Origin: a bacterium
GTDB taxonomy: Bacteria; Hinthialibacterota; Hinthialibacteria; Hinthialibacterales; Hinthialibacteraceae
DNA length: 64,000 nt
Direction: 5' to 3'
Assembly: GCA_041946805.1 (NCBI GenBank)
Contig: JBHGBC010000010.1
Span: 14,763 to 78,762 of the forward strand
Both the position numbers and the translations under genes were made by a program. Of this stretch, positions 1-8,455 are shown one piece after another. The first letter of the stretch is position 1; every line of letters starts with the position of its first letter. Below the pieces are notes generated by a model. It ran no database searches. It was not told the DNA's origin and worked only from the letters and a program-made list of their open reading frames with translations.

Positions 1-125
1 TCACCCAAGGCGGTTTCACCCAATTCCGCCGCGCCTCGCAAACGCCGTTTAACCTGGTTTTGGAAGCCCGGCCGTGAATCCGCGCCGGCCGGGAAGGGGA
101 GAGGGAAGGAAGCGGAGAGAATACC

Positions 126-779
126 TTAAGCCGGGGTTTGGTTGTTCACCCACTCGAACGCCTTCATCAGCAGTTCGTTGGTGTTTTCCAGATGGAGTTT
201 CTCCTTGATCCGCATCCGGTAGGTCTCGATGGTCTTGACGCTTAAATGTAAATGATCGGCGATCTTCCGGGTTGTGTATCCCTGGCCGATCAACCGGAAC
301 ACTTCGATCTCCCGGTCGCTGAGGCCCTCGATCGACGACAGAATCCCCGCCGGTTTCTGGCCCGATATCTTCTGCAGGATTTTCGAGGCCATGGTTTCGC
401 TGACGTAAATCTGCCCCTCCAGGACTTTCCGGATGGCGATCATGATCTTGTCCGTCAATTCCTGCTTCATGATGTATCCCATCGCCCCGGCCTTCAAAGC
501 CCTTTCGGCGAAATGGGATTCTTCGTGCAGCGAGATCACCAGAATGGGGAATTCGCTGTACCGCGCGCGGATGAGTTTGATCAACTCGATGCCGTTGCTT
601 TCCCCCAAGTGAATGTCCACAATGGCGATGTCCGGCTTCTCGCTGTCGATTTTGTGCAAGGCCGAAATCACACTGTCCGCCTCGGCGCAGACAATCAAAT
701 CATTCTCCTGGTTGATGAGTTGTTTGAGCCCATGCCGCACAATGGGATGATCATCCACGATGAGTATTTTACTTTTCAT
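126..779 (-). CDS. NarL/LuxR-family DNA-binding response regulator
   Basis: Receiver domain (ILIVDDHPIVRHG, DIAIVD, GYIMK) plus LuxR HTH (LSDREIEVFRLIGQG...LSVKTIETYR). Confidence 0.95.
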   Translation of the reverse strand: MKSKILIVDDHPIVRHGLKQLINQENDLIVCAEADSVISALHKIDSEKPDIAIVDIHLGESNGIELIKLIRARYSEFPILVISLHEESHFAERALKAGAMGYIMKQELTDKIMIAIRKVLEGQIYVSETMASKILQKISGQKPAGILSSIEGLSDREIEVFRLIGQGYTTRKIADHLHLSVKTIETYRMRIKEKLHLENTNELLMKAFEWVNNQTPA

Positions 780-948
780 GGATTTGCCAGTTCAGAGCGC
801 CAGGATGGATACATTCCACTCCCCTTATTCGTTCAGTCCGGTTTTTTCCACCTCCCAACGAACCTTGCGAGACAGGTGAGTTCGCGCCCGCGGACTCCAC
901 GGCATGCCTGAGATGGCCGGCCTGACCGGGGCTCCGATATTTTATTGA

Positions 949-1154
949 TCATCCGGGAAGTGCGTACCGAATGAGGCAATACCGATTCAATCCACTCCGG
1001 GATGAGGGCAGACACCCGGGTCCGCCTCTACAAAAATACCCTCACCTTGGCCCTCTCCCCGAGGGAGAGGGGATTTTGGGGTGGGCGGTTTTCAACGATC
1101 ATATCGTAGAACTGCAAACCGGCGGTCTGAAAAAAGTGCACACTTGCCAGATGA
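949..1154. mobile_element. MITE-like element type A, copy 1
   Basis: Ends TCATCCGGGAAGTGCGTACC ... GTGCACACTTGCCAGATGA; aligns over its whole length with the reverse complement of 25329-25533; REP palindrome inside at about 1039-1073. Confidence 0.8.
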
Positions 1155-1213
1155 ACCATATTTTTATCTATTCTACCCAGATTTCCCGAAAATGAAAATC
1201 AGTTTCGCAGCAA

Positions 1214-1239
1214 CTTGTTTCAAGTCCGGTTGAAACAAG
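1214..1239. promoter_or_regulatory. Perfect inverted repeat, possible operator or hairpin
   Basis: CTTGTTTCAA-gtccgg-TTGAAACAAG in an AT-rich spacer upstream of the NarL regulator. Confidence 0.35.
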
Positions 1240-1274
1240 GAAATGTATGTTTTAAATTTTTAAAATAAAACAGT

Positions 1275-1530
1275 TCATCCGGTACAGGCGCCCTTTGCCA
1301 GGAGAGGGAAGCGGCGATCCCATCGAACGGATTTGAGAGAACTATCCCAATTCCCTCTCCCTCTGGGAAAGGGGCAGAGTGAGGGAAAGCCTACTGACGA
1401 TGCTTTCATTCTTCCAATTGCGAGGAACCTTAGGCGAAGCAGGAAGATGAGTTCCCTTCAGGGGATGCCTGTACAGCAGCCCAGGGGGTCAATCCCGGGC
1501 AAAAGTCTTGTTTACGCATTACTCGGATGA
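1275..1530. mobile_element. MITE-like element type B, copy 1
   Basis: Bounded by TCATCCGG ... TCGGATGA; internal sequence is colinear with about 53938-54147; contains a REP palindrome at about 1352-1386. Confidence 0.7.
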
Positions 1531-1769
1531 AACTAAAAACATTGTCCGTTCCCCTCCCGGGGATGCGCCTATGATTCAACATGCTGCGAGGGAATTTTCT
1601 GACCGGGATGAATTTGGACCGAAACGAAAATTGAAATTTTCTAGAAATAAGGCGGATGTCAAAATACTTCAGGAATTTTTCATTCCGTGCGCGGGGAAAT
1701 CAGGGGAAGGAGCGGCCTCGAACGGAAGAAGGCCATCGGCGGGATAGCGGGGCGCCGTCCGCCCACGGT

Positions 1770-2108
1770 TCAGCTCATCAAGGCGTCCAACGCTTCGAAT
1801 TCCGAGGGATAGATGGTGAATATCTTGTTCAATTGCACCACTTCGAATAATTCCTTGATCTGGGGATGCAAATCGCAGAAAGCCATCACGCCCTGCTGGG
1901 GTTCCAGCCGTTTCATGCCTTCCATCAAGGCGCGGATCCCCGCACTGCTCATATACTCCAAACTGGAGAAGTTGATGAGGATCTTGTTCGCGCCTTCTTG
2001 AATGGAGCGGTTAAGTATCCCGGTGAACTCCGACAACGCGTTGAAGTCCATTCTTCCATCCGGTTTGATGATCGCGACACCCGATTCGTTGCGCACCTCT
2101 ATTTTCAT
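1770..2108 (-). CDS. STAS-domain anti-sigma factor antagonist
   Basis: 112 aa with GRMD and LEYMSSAGIRAL (phospho-Ser motif of the SpoIIAA/RsbV family). Confidence 0.95.
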   Translation of the reverse strand: MKIEVRNESGVAIIKPDGRMDFNALSEFTGILNRSIQEGANKILINFSSLEYMSSAGIRALMEGMKRLEPQQGVMAFCDLHPQIKELFEVVQLNKIFTIYPSEFEALDALMS

Positions 2109-2290
2109 TGTTTCACACCCACGGTCAGATTCAATCCACGCCGGATTGAGACATATCGTTGAAAAATTCCTCCCGGGGAAAGAAGTCTTCCCGGAGTTAC
2201 CGGCCTTACCATACCATTTTCAGATTACGGGGGGAATGCCCGCCGGGAACATCGGGACGGGAAAGTTGGATTTTTTCCCCTAACCAGGAT

Positions 2291-3424
2291 TCATTTCCGG
2301 TCCACGGCCACTAACGTCAAATCGTCCGTGGGTTCCCCCGCCCGCCGGGCGGCGGTTTCCTGAAAGGTCCAGTCGAGGAATTCGGGGGCGGGAAGCCGTA
2401 TCCAGGGCTGGATCATGTCCATGAAGGCCTTGCGTCCCAACATCTCATTGTTCTTCAACCGGGTTTCCGTGAAGCCGTCCGTGTAGAGAAGGATCCGGTC
2501 GCCGTGGGCCAGGGGCAAGACGGACTGGTGCGTCTCCTGGACCTGGAATTTTTGGATCCCCACCGGCAGGGTATGCGAGGCCACGGTCTCGAACTCATCG
2601 CGGTTCGTCCGCCAGATCAGGATATCGGGATGCCCGGCGTTGGCGGCGGTGAGGATCCCCTGGCGGGCGTCGATCTGCACGATCACCAGCGTGAAAAAGA
2701 TGCCGGTGACGCAGAATTTCTCGGTCGCGAACTGATTGATCTGGTGCAGGATCTCATACGGCTGGCCGGGTTTGGCCATGAGGAGAGAGAGTTGGTGATG
2801 AATCATGGTGGCCACCAGGGAGGCGGCCACGCCATGGCCGGTCACGTCATAGAGGGCTACCCCGATGCGGTCGTCGCCGTAAACCTGGGCGGTCAAGTAA
2901 TCTCCCCCGATCTCGATCAGGGGTTCATAACGCAGATGGAGTGACAGCAGGGGTGTGTCCAGGTTCGGCGGCAGCATGCAACGCTGGATCAGGGAAGCCA
3001 GGTGCAGGTCTTCCTTCATCTGTTGTTCCTGCTGTTTGACTTTTTGTTCCAGCTCGGCCCGGGTGAGCACCCGCTTCACCACTTGCAGCATCATGTCCAG
3101 ATCGATCGGCTTGGTGATGAAATCGGCGGCGCCCAGTTTCATGGCCTTCACGGCCCGCTCGATGGTGCCGAACGCGGTCATGATGATGACGGGCACGTCG
3201 TTGCCGCCGGCGTGGATGCGCTTCAGCAATTCCAGCCCGTCCATCACCGGCATCATGATATCGCTGATCACCACGCCGGGATGTTCCTGGTCCAGAATGC
3301 GCAAGGCTTCCTCGCCGTTTTCCGCCTCCAACACATCGTACCCTTCCATTTCCGCGTAATCCCGCAGGTTTTGGCGGATATCCTCTTCGTCATCGACCAA
3401 CAACAACAAGCCTTTGCCGCTCAT
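2291..3424 (-). CDS. Response regulator fused to a PP2C/SpoIIE phosphatase (RsbU-like)
   Basis: Start reassigned to ATG 3424, which overlaps the upstream stop; receiver LLVDDEE..SDIMMPVMDG; phosphatase motifs IGGDY, DVTGHG, NAGHP, YTDG, DDLT. Confidence 0.93.
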   Translation of the reverse strand: MSGKGLLLLVDDEEDIRQNLRDYAEMEGYDVLEAENGEEALRILDQEHPGVVISDIMMPVMDGLELLKRIHAGGNDVPVIIMTAFGTIERAVKAMKLGAADFITKPIDLDMMLQVVKRVLTRAELEQKVKQQEQQMKEDLHLASLIQRCMLPPNLDTPLLSLHLRYEPLIEIGGDYLTAQVYGDDRIGVALYDVTGHGVAASLVATMIHHQLSLLMAKPGQPYEILHQINQFATEKFCVTGIFFTLVIVQIDARQGILTAANAGHPDILIWRTNRDEFETVASHTLPVGIQKFQVQETHQSVLPLAHGDRILLYTDGFTETRLKNNEMLGRKAFMDMIQPWIRLPAPEFLDWTFQETAARRAGEPTDDLTLVAVDRK

Positions 3425-6400
3425 GCGTTTTCTCCCCGTTTCCCCGCACTCTCCGGATTTCCGGGCTGCGCCACCGGGAGCCGGATGGTGAACCGGGTCC
3501 CCTCGTTGATCTTGGATTGTACCTGGATTTGCCCGCCGTGCATCTCCACCAGCTCCTTGACGATGGACAGGCCCAAGCCGGTCCCCCGGGCCATGTCCAC
3601 CGACCGGGGAATCCGGTAAAAGCGGTCGAAGATGCGATTCATTTCCTCCGGACTCATTCCAATCCCCGTGTCCTGGATCTCGATCACAATGCGGGAAGGC
3701 TCCGTTTGATAGAGCCGCACGGTCACGCGGCCCCCTTCCGGGGTGTATTTCAGGGCGTTGCCGATGAATTCGCTCACCACCCGCTCCATTTTCCCCGCGT
3801 CGGCTTCCACCAGGAACAAGCCGTCGCCGCATTGCAATTCCAGGGCAATCTGCCGCTGCTTGGCCACCAGGCGGTTTTCATGGACAAGATCCTCCATCAG
3901 GGTGCGCATGGGAATCACGCATTTGTTCAGAATCATGCGCCCCGACTCGATACGGGACAGGTCCAGCACATCATTGACCAGGTCGTTCAGCCGGTTGACG
4001 GAGCGGTGCGCCCGCTCCACGATGCTCAACTGTTTTTCGCTCAATCCCCCGCCGACTCCCCGCATCAAAATGTCCAGGCTGCTTTTGATGGTGGTGAGCG
4101 GCGTGCGCAAATCGTGGGACGCCTGGGACACGAAGGCGGTTTTCATTTGGTCCAAATCCCGCAGTTTCTGGTTGGCGAGTTGCAGCTGTTCGTTGGCTTC
4201 CTGCATTTGCCGGAAAGTTTTCCGCAATTGATAATGCCGCGTGGTTGAATATCCGGTGAGCAGAAGGATGATCACGATTCCCGCGATGGCGATATACAAA
4301 AATCCACGCTCGTAGTACCACGGCTCCAGCACGGTGAAATCGAACACCGCGGGCGTGGGATCGATGTTCCAGTTGCGGTCCATGGCCCTCACCTCCAACC
4401 GGTGAGGCCCAAACGACAATCCCGTGAAAGTCTCCAACGGCTCTGGAATAAACGGTGACCATTTGCCCCCATCCATCCGGTACGAGAACAACAAACGGTT
4501 CGCGCCGGTGTATTTCCATTTGTCGATACCCCCGAAGACGATTCGGTAGTCCCCGGCCGGCGGCGCTTCCTTGACGTTCCTTTCCGCGGGGATCAATGTC
4601 TCCGGCGGATCTTGATCGGCATCGGGGTGATACAAGCTCAAACCGCTGGCGGTCCCGGCCCAGATTCTACCCCGGCTATCCTCGAACACCCTGTAAATGG
4701 CGGTGTTAGGCAATCCTTCTTCATGAGTGTTGGCAACCCACGAGCCGTTCCAGTACCTTAACAACCCCACTCCACACGCCACCCAGATGCCGCCATCCCG
4801 CCCGAGAATCATGGAACGCACTGAATCCAGGCCGGTGAGCACTTCCCGCCAGGATTTCCCATCGTATTCCATGATTTTGTCCCGGCCGCCCGTCCAGATT
4901 TTGCCGTCACCTAATTCCAGAAAACAAAACGTCCCACGGTCCGTGTAGCCGTCGCGGCTCGAGAACTGGTGCAACTTCCCCTTGCGGTACAAGCCCAGGC
5001 CTTCGGACCGAACCCCGCCCAGCCACAGGTCCCCGTTCTCCGCTTCGAGCAAATAGCGCAGCTCCCCGAATTTCCACTGATCCTTCAGGTTCGCCACGGG
5101 TTGAAAACGCACTCCGTCGTAAATCTCGAGGCCGAAATCCCCGGTCCGGGGATCGCTTGTTTGCACCCAGGCGCCTCCCTTTTTCCGGGGACGCAAATAC
5201 CCGATCTCGAAACCCCGGGGATGGGAAACCCCCTCGTAACGCCCGGTGGAGGGATCGAATTCCAGCAGATAAGGCGTATCCGTCCGGATGGCCAGTTTCC
5301 CGTTCGGCAGAGGGCACAATCCCGTGGTTTGAAAAATGAAGGAATAAACATAGGCAGGGAAGGGATATTCTTCCCAGACACCGTTTTCCAAGCACAATAG
5401 AGAGGTTCGGTTCAAGAACCAAATCCGCCCGGCGGAATCTTCCTCGATCGCATGAAAGGTTTGGTCGTTCCCCGCCGTGGCGGACGGCGTCCGCCAGGTA
5501 GGCGGCGCGTAACGCACAACGCCTTGCGACGTGGCGAACCAAAACACGCCGCCCGGTTCCAACTCGGCGTTGTAAAACCGTCCGGCCATCACCTCGTTCT
5601 TTTCCAAAACGGTCTCTTGGCCACGGACCCGGGCGCTGAGCAACAATCCCCGTACGGGATTCATCTTGGCCACGAAAAAATAATCGTCCGGACCGGGGAA
5701 GCCCATAAGCAACTGGTTATCGTCCTCGTTGACATAGGCGGTCCGCCATCCGGATGCCGTATGTTCCGCGACCACCCGGCGGCCCAGGGCGGGAGACTCC
5801 GCGCTGGAGTACAACGCGCCGTCCGGGGCTTCGGCCACATACACAAAATCCCGCAATCCGGCGCTCTCGGGGCATGGGAAGTCTTCCCAAGGAATACTGG
5901 AATCCAATGGGCTTTTCGTTTCCCGCACCCGCGCGATGCCATGCTCACCCGTGACCCAGATCTCGTGCGCACTGGCGCGGTGCAGCGAGATGAATCGGCC
6001 GATATGGGCCGCGTCCGACTGCTTGATCACGGTGGATTCCTGCCGGCCGGCGTGAAAGGCCATCAAGCGGTCCGGCAACAGAAAAAGAACCTGATCATCC
6101 ACGCCGGGGAGCAGGTGGACTTCCCCATCCGCTCCGGCGATTTCCGCCACGGGGAATTCCACCCATTGCTTGCCGATCAGGGTTTGCAAACCTTTGGGGG
6201 ACATAGCCCAAAATTGACCCGCGGGGCTTTCCTGCACCGCGGTGTAGGCCCCGGGACTGGGCAGGACATGCACGAAATAGCCGTCCAGCCAGCTGAATTC
6301 CCCCACTTCGCCGTGACTGATCAGGATATGGCCCAAGGGGCTTCGGTTAATCCCATACGACCAGGACTCCGCCAGGCCATCGGACGCGTTCCAATACCGG

Positions 6401-6495
6401 AAATGTTGGTTATGAATGTCGCTCCAGGCGGCGTCCGCCATTCCGGACAGAAGAAGGAGCAACCCCAGCAGCGATCGTTTGACCATCCGCACCAC
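3421..6495 (-). CDS. Sensor histidine kinase with beta-propeller ligand-binding ectodomain
   Basis: Signal peptide, propeller repeats (EDSRGRIWAGT), Y_Y_Y-like domain, TM helix, H-box SHDLRTPL, N box NALKYT, G boxes DTGIG and GTGLGL. Confidence 0.93.
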   Translation of the reverse strand: MVRMVKRSLLGLLLLLSGMADAAWSDIHNQHFRYWNASDGLAESWSYGINRSPLGHILISHGEVGEFSWLDGYFVHVLPSPGAYTAVQESPAGQFWAMSPKGLQTLIGKQWVEFPVAEIAGADGEVHLLPGVDDQVLFLLPDRLMAFHAGRQESTVIKQSDAAHIGRFISLHRASAHEIWVTGEHGIARVRETKSPLDSSIPWEDFPCPESAGLRDFVYVAEAPDGALYSSAESPALGRRVVAEHTASGWRTAYVNEDDNQLLMGFPGPDDYFFVAKMNPVRGLLLSARVRGQETVLEKNEVMAGRFYNAELEPGGVFWFATSQGVVRYAPPTWRTPSATAGNDQTFHAIEEDSAGRIWFLNRTSLLCLENGVWEEYPFPAYVYSFIFQTTGLCPLPNGKLAIRTDTPYLLEFDPSTGRYEGVSHPRGFEIGYLRPRKKGGAWVQTSDPRTGDFGLEIYDGVRFQPVANLKDQWKFGELRYLLEAENGDLWLGGVRSEGLGLYRKGKLHQFSSRDGYTDRGTFCFLELGDGKIWTGGRDKIMEYDGKSWREVLTGLDSVRSMILGRDGGIWVACGVGLLRYWNGSWVANTHEEGLPNTAIYRVFEDSRGRIWAGTASGLSLYHPDADQDPPETLIPAERNVKEAPPAGDYRIVFGGIDKWKYTGANRLLFSYRMDGGKWSPFIPEPLETFTGLSFGPHRLEVRAMDRNWNIDPTPAVFDFTVLEPWYYERGFLYIAIAGIVIILLLTGYSTTRHYQLRKTFRQMQEANEQLQLANQKLRDLDQMKTAFVSQASHDLRTPLTTIKSSLDILMRGVGGGLSEKQLSIVERAHRSVNRLNDLVNDVLDLSRIESGRMILNKCVIPMRTLMEDLVHENRLVAKQRQIALELQCGDGLFLVEADAGKMERVVSEFIGNALKYTPEGGRVTVRLYQTEPSRIVIEIQDTGIGMSPEEMNRIFDRFYRIPRSVDMARGTGLGLSIVKELVEMHGGQIQVQSKINEGTRFTIRLPVAQPGNPESAGKRGENA

Positions 6496-6535
6496 TCTCT
6501 CGGGGCGAAATTTCAGACCGATTCGATTCTATGTA

Positions 6536-7888
6536 TCAAATGGCGTAGGGTTCCCGTTGGGGGCGGTCCAGGTATTGATTGGCCTCCGCATCGTTCACGA
6601 ACACTTCCCGGACCGGGTCCCACTCCAAGGGCCGTTGCACCATGCCGAAAATATTGGCGAGATGGCATACGGTGGCCGAGCGTTGGCCGGTCTCGACATC
6701 GGTAAGAGGCAAAGACCGGGAGCGGATACAATCCACCCAGTTTTGCATGTGGTTCTCGCTGACCGGCAGACGAATATCGTTGGCGGCCAAAGGTTCTTTC
6801 AGGATATCCTCCGGCGTCGATTTGATCACACTCCGGTTGACGAAAATCTCGCCTTTGTCTCCTTCGAAGATCATGTCGAAATCGGGCTTGCTTTCGAAAC
6901 TGAGCACTACGCCGTTTTCGTAAGTCAGCCGGATGTCGTAATCCGTGTAGGTTTCATAGGCGCCCGGCCGGGTTGAAGCCTGTCCCTCGATTTTCCGTGG
7001 ACCCGAGCGGTCCATCCCCAGCGCCCATTGCGCGATGTCCGCGTGATGAGTGCCCAAGTCGGTGATCTGCCCGCCGGAATAATCCCAAAACCAGCGGAAG
7101 GTGACGTGACACCGCTGGGGATTGTACGGCACCTTGGGAGCGGGGCCCAACCAGCGGTCCCAATCCAGGCCGGGCGGGACCGGCGCGTCCGGCAGGGGAT
7201 CGATGACATTAGTGCCCCGGATCAGGATCCGAATCCGCTTCAGGGCACCCAGCCGCCCGTTGCGGACATACTCGCACGCGGTCCGGAACAGGGGATCGGA
7301 GCGTTGCTGCATCCCGGTTTGGAACACCCGCCCGGTTTCTTGGACTTTCCGGACGACCGCCCGGCCCTGATTGATGGTCAAGGCCAGCGGCTTCTCACCA
7401 TAAACATCTTTGCCTGCGTCGAGCGCGTCGATAAATGTCTTGGCGTGCCAATGATCGGGGACGGCGATCACCACCGCGTCGATGTCTTTCCGGTCCAGCA
7501 GGTAACGGTAATCCAGGTACGGATCCGCCCCCCCCGCGGGTGTGGGCGCGGGCAGGCAGTCCCACCCCTCCGCCTGGACCCAGGCGCGGTCGATCGCGGC
7601 CTGGTCGTCCAAAAACTGAAGCCGCTTCATGAGGAACGAAAGATCCAGGTCAGCCACCGCCGCGATGCGAAAATTGGGATTCCGGTACGTCTGCCGCAGC
7701 AATTCGAAGCCCCGCCATCCCAAACCGATATGGCCGATCACGATCCGGCCGCTGGGAGGATTTTGTCCCAACACCGCCTGGGGCACGAACACGGGAGCGG
7801 TCCCCACGAAGCCCAGGGTGATCGCGGAAGCCCCGGTGGATTGCAGAAAGGTACGGCGGGAGGTTTTGTGGATTTGAGTCATCGTCAT
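6536..7888 (-). CDS. Tat-exported Gfo/Idh/MocA oxidoreductase
   Basis: SRRTFL Tat motif; GLGWRG; PDHWH; EKP; GMQQRS; DWDRWLGPAP. Confidence 0.93.
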   Translation of the reverse strand: MTMTQIHKTSRRTFLQSTGASAITLGFVGTAPVFVPQAVLGQNPPSGRIVIGHIGLGWRGFELLRQTYRNPNFRIAAVADLDLSFLMKRLQFLDDQAAIDRAWVQAEGWDCLPAPTPAGGADPYLDYRYLLDRKDIDAVVIAVPDHWHAKTFIDALDAGKDVYGEKPLALTINQGRAVVRKVQETGRVFQTGMQQRSDPLFRTACEYVRNGRLGALKRIRILIRGTNVIDPLPDAPVPPGLDWDRWLGPAPKVPYNPQRCHVTFRWFWDYSGGQITDLGTHHADIAQWALGMDRSGPRKIEGQASTRPGAYETYTDYDIRLTYENGVVLSFESKPDFDMIFEGDKGEIFVNRSVIKSTPEDILKEPLAANDIRLPVSENHMQNWVDCIRSRSLPLTDVETGQRSATVCHLANIFGMVQRPLEWDPVREVFVNDAEANQYLDRPQREPYAI

Positions 7889-8144
7889 TCAACCCCTTTC
7901 CAGGTTCTGGAATAACGCGATGAGCGCATCATCATCCTTATTATCCAACAGTTTGACAAGGATGTCACCATTGTTCTTATCGGTTGGGCATGTAGAGCAT
8001 CCCATGACCCTTGCGAGGTCAAATCGGAATTATTTTAATGTACCAAATGTAGGGGATGATGGTTAATGGTTCGAGTGATCCGGTGGATTGTCTATCCATC
8101 GCGATGTTCCTTTGGAGGCTGGAGCGGCAAAAAGTCACTGAATG

Positions 8145-8201
8145 GTGGTTCAGACATCTTGTCTGCACAAAATCGGGTGGCAGGCGGGACGCCTGCACTA
8201 C
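8145..8201. repeat. Inverted doublet of GTAG-type REP palindromes (REPIN-like)
   Basis: GTGGTTCAGACATCTTGTCTGC faces the reverse complement of GTAGTGCAGGCGTCCCGCCTGC. Confidence 0.55.
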
Positions 8202-8455
8202 AATATAATATATGGAGCGTCTCAGTATCATTTTCTCTTTTTGCCACTTCGTCTTTGGATGACTCAAAAGCGCCGTTTCCGATTCGGCGCGAGCTTGTCC
8301 GGGGGGGATTCTATTGTATTTAATTCTTTATTCATTAATATTAACGATTTAAATGCCCTCGTTGACCTGAGAGCGGTTCGGCTTTCCGGTTTATTACGGC
8401 CTGCCTGGAGACGAAGGGCGGGGAAAACGCGGGGTTGAGTATAGGATTTCAACTC

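Noticed and set aside
971..1195. Apparently paralogous small ORFs at 971-1195 and 25329-25538 (LRDEG.H..PPLQKYP)
   Set aside because: The similarity comes from MITE type A DNA; reading frames diverge between the copies, so they are not conserved proteins
3425..3832. N-terminal extension of the REC-PP2C ORF
   Set aside because: It overlaps the kinase in another frame; the receiver domain begins at 3424
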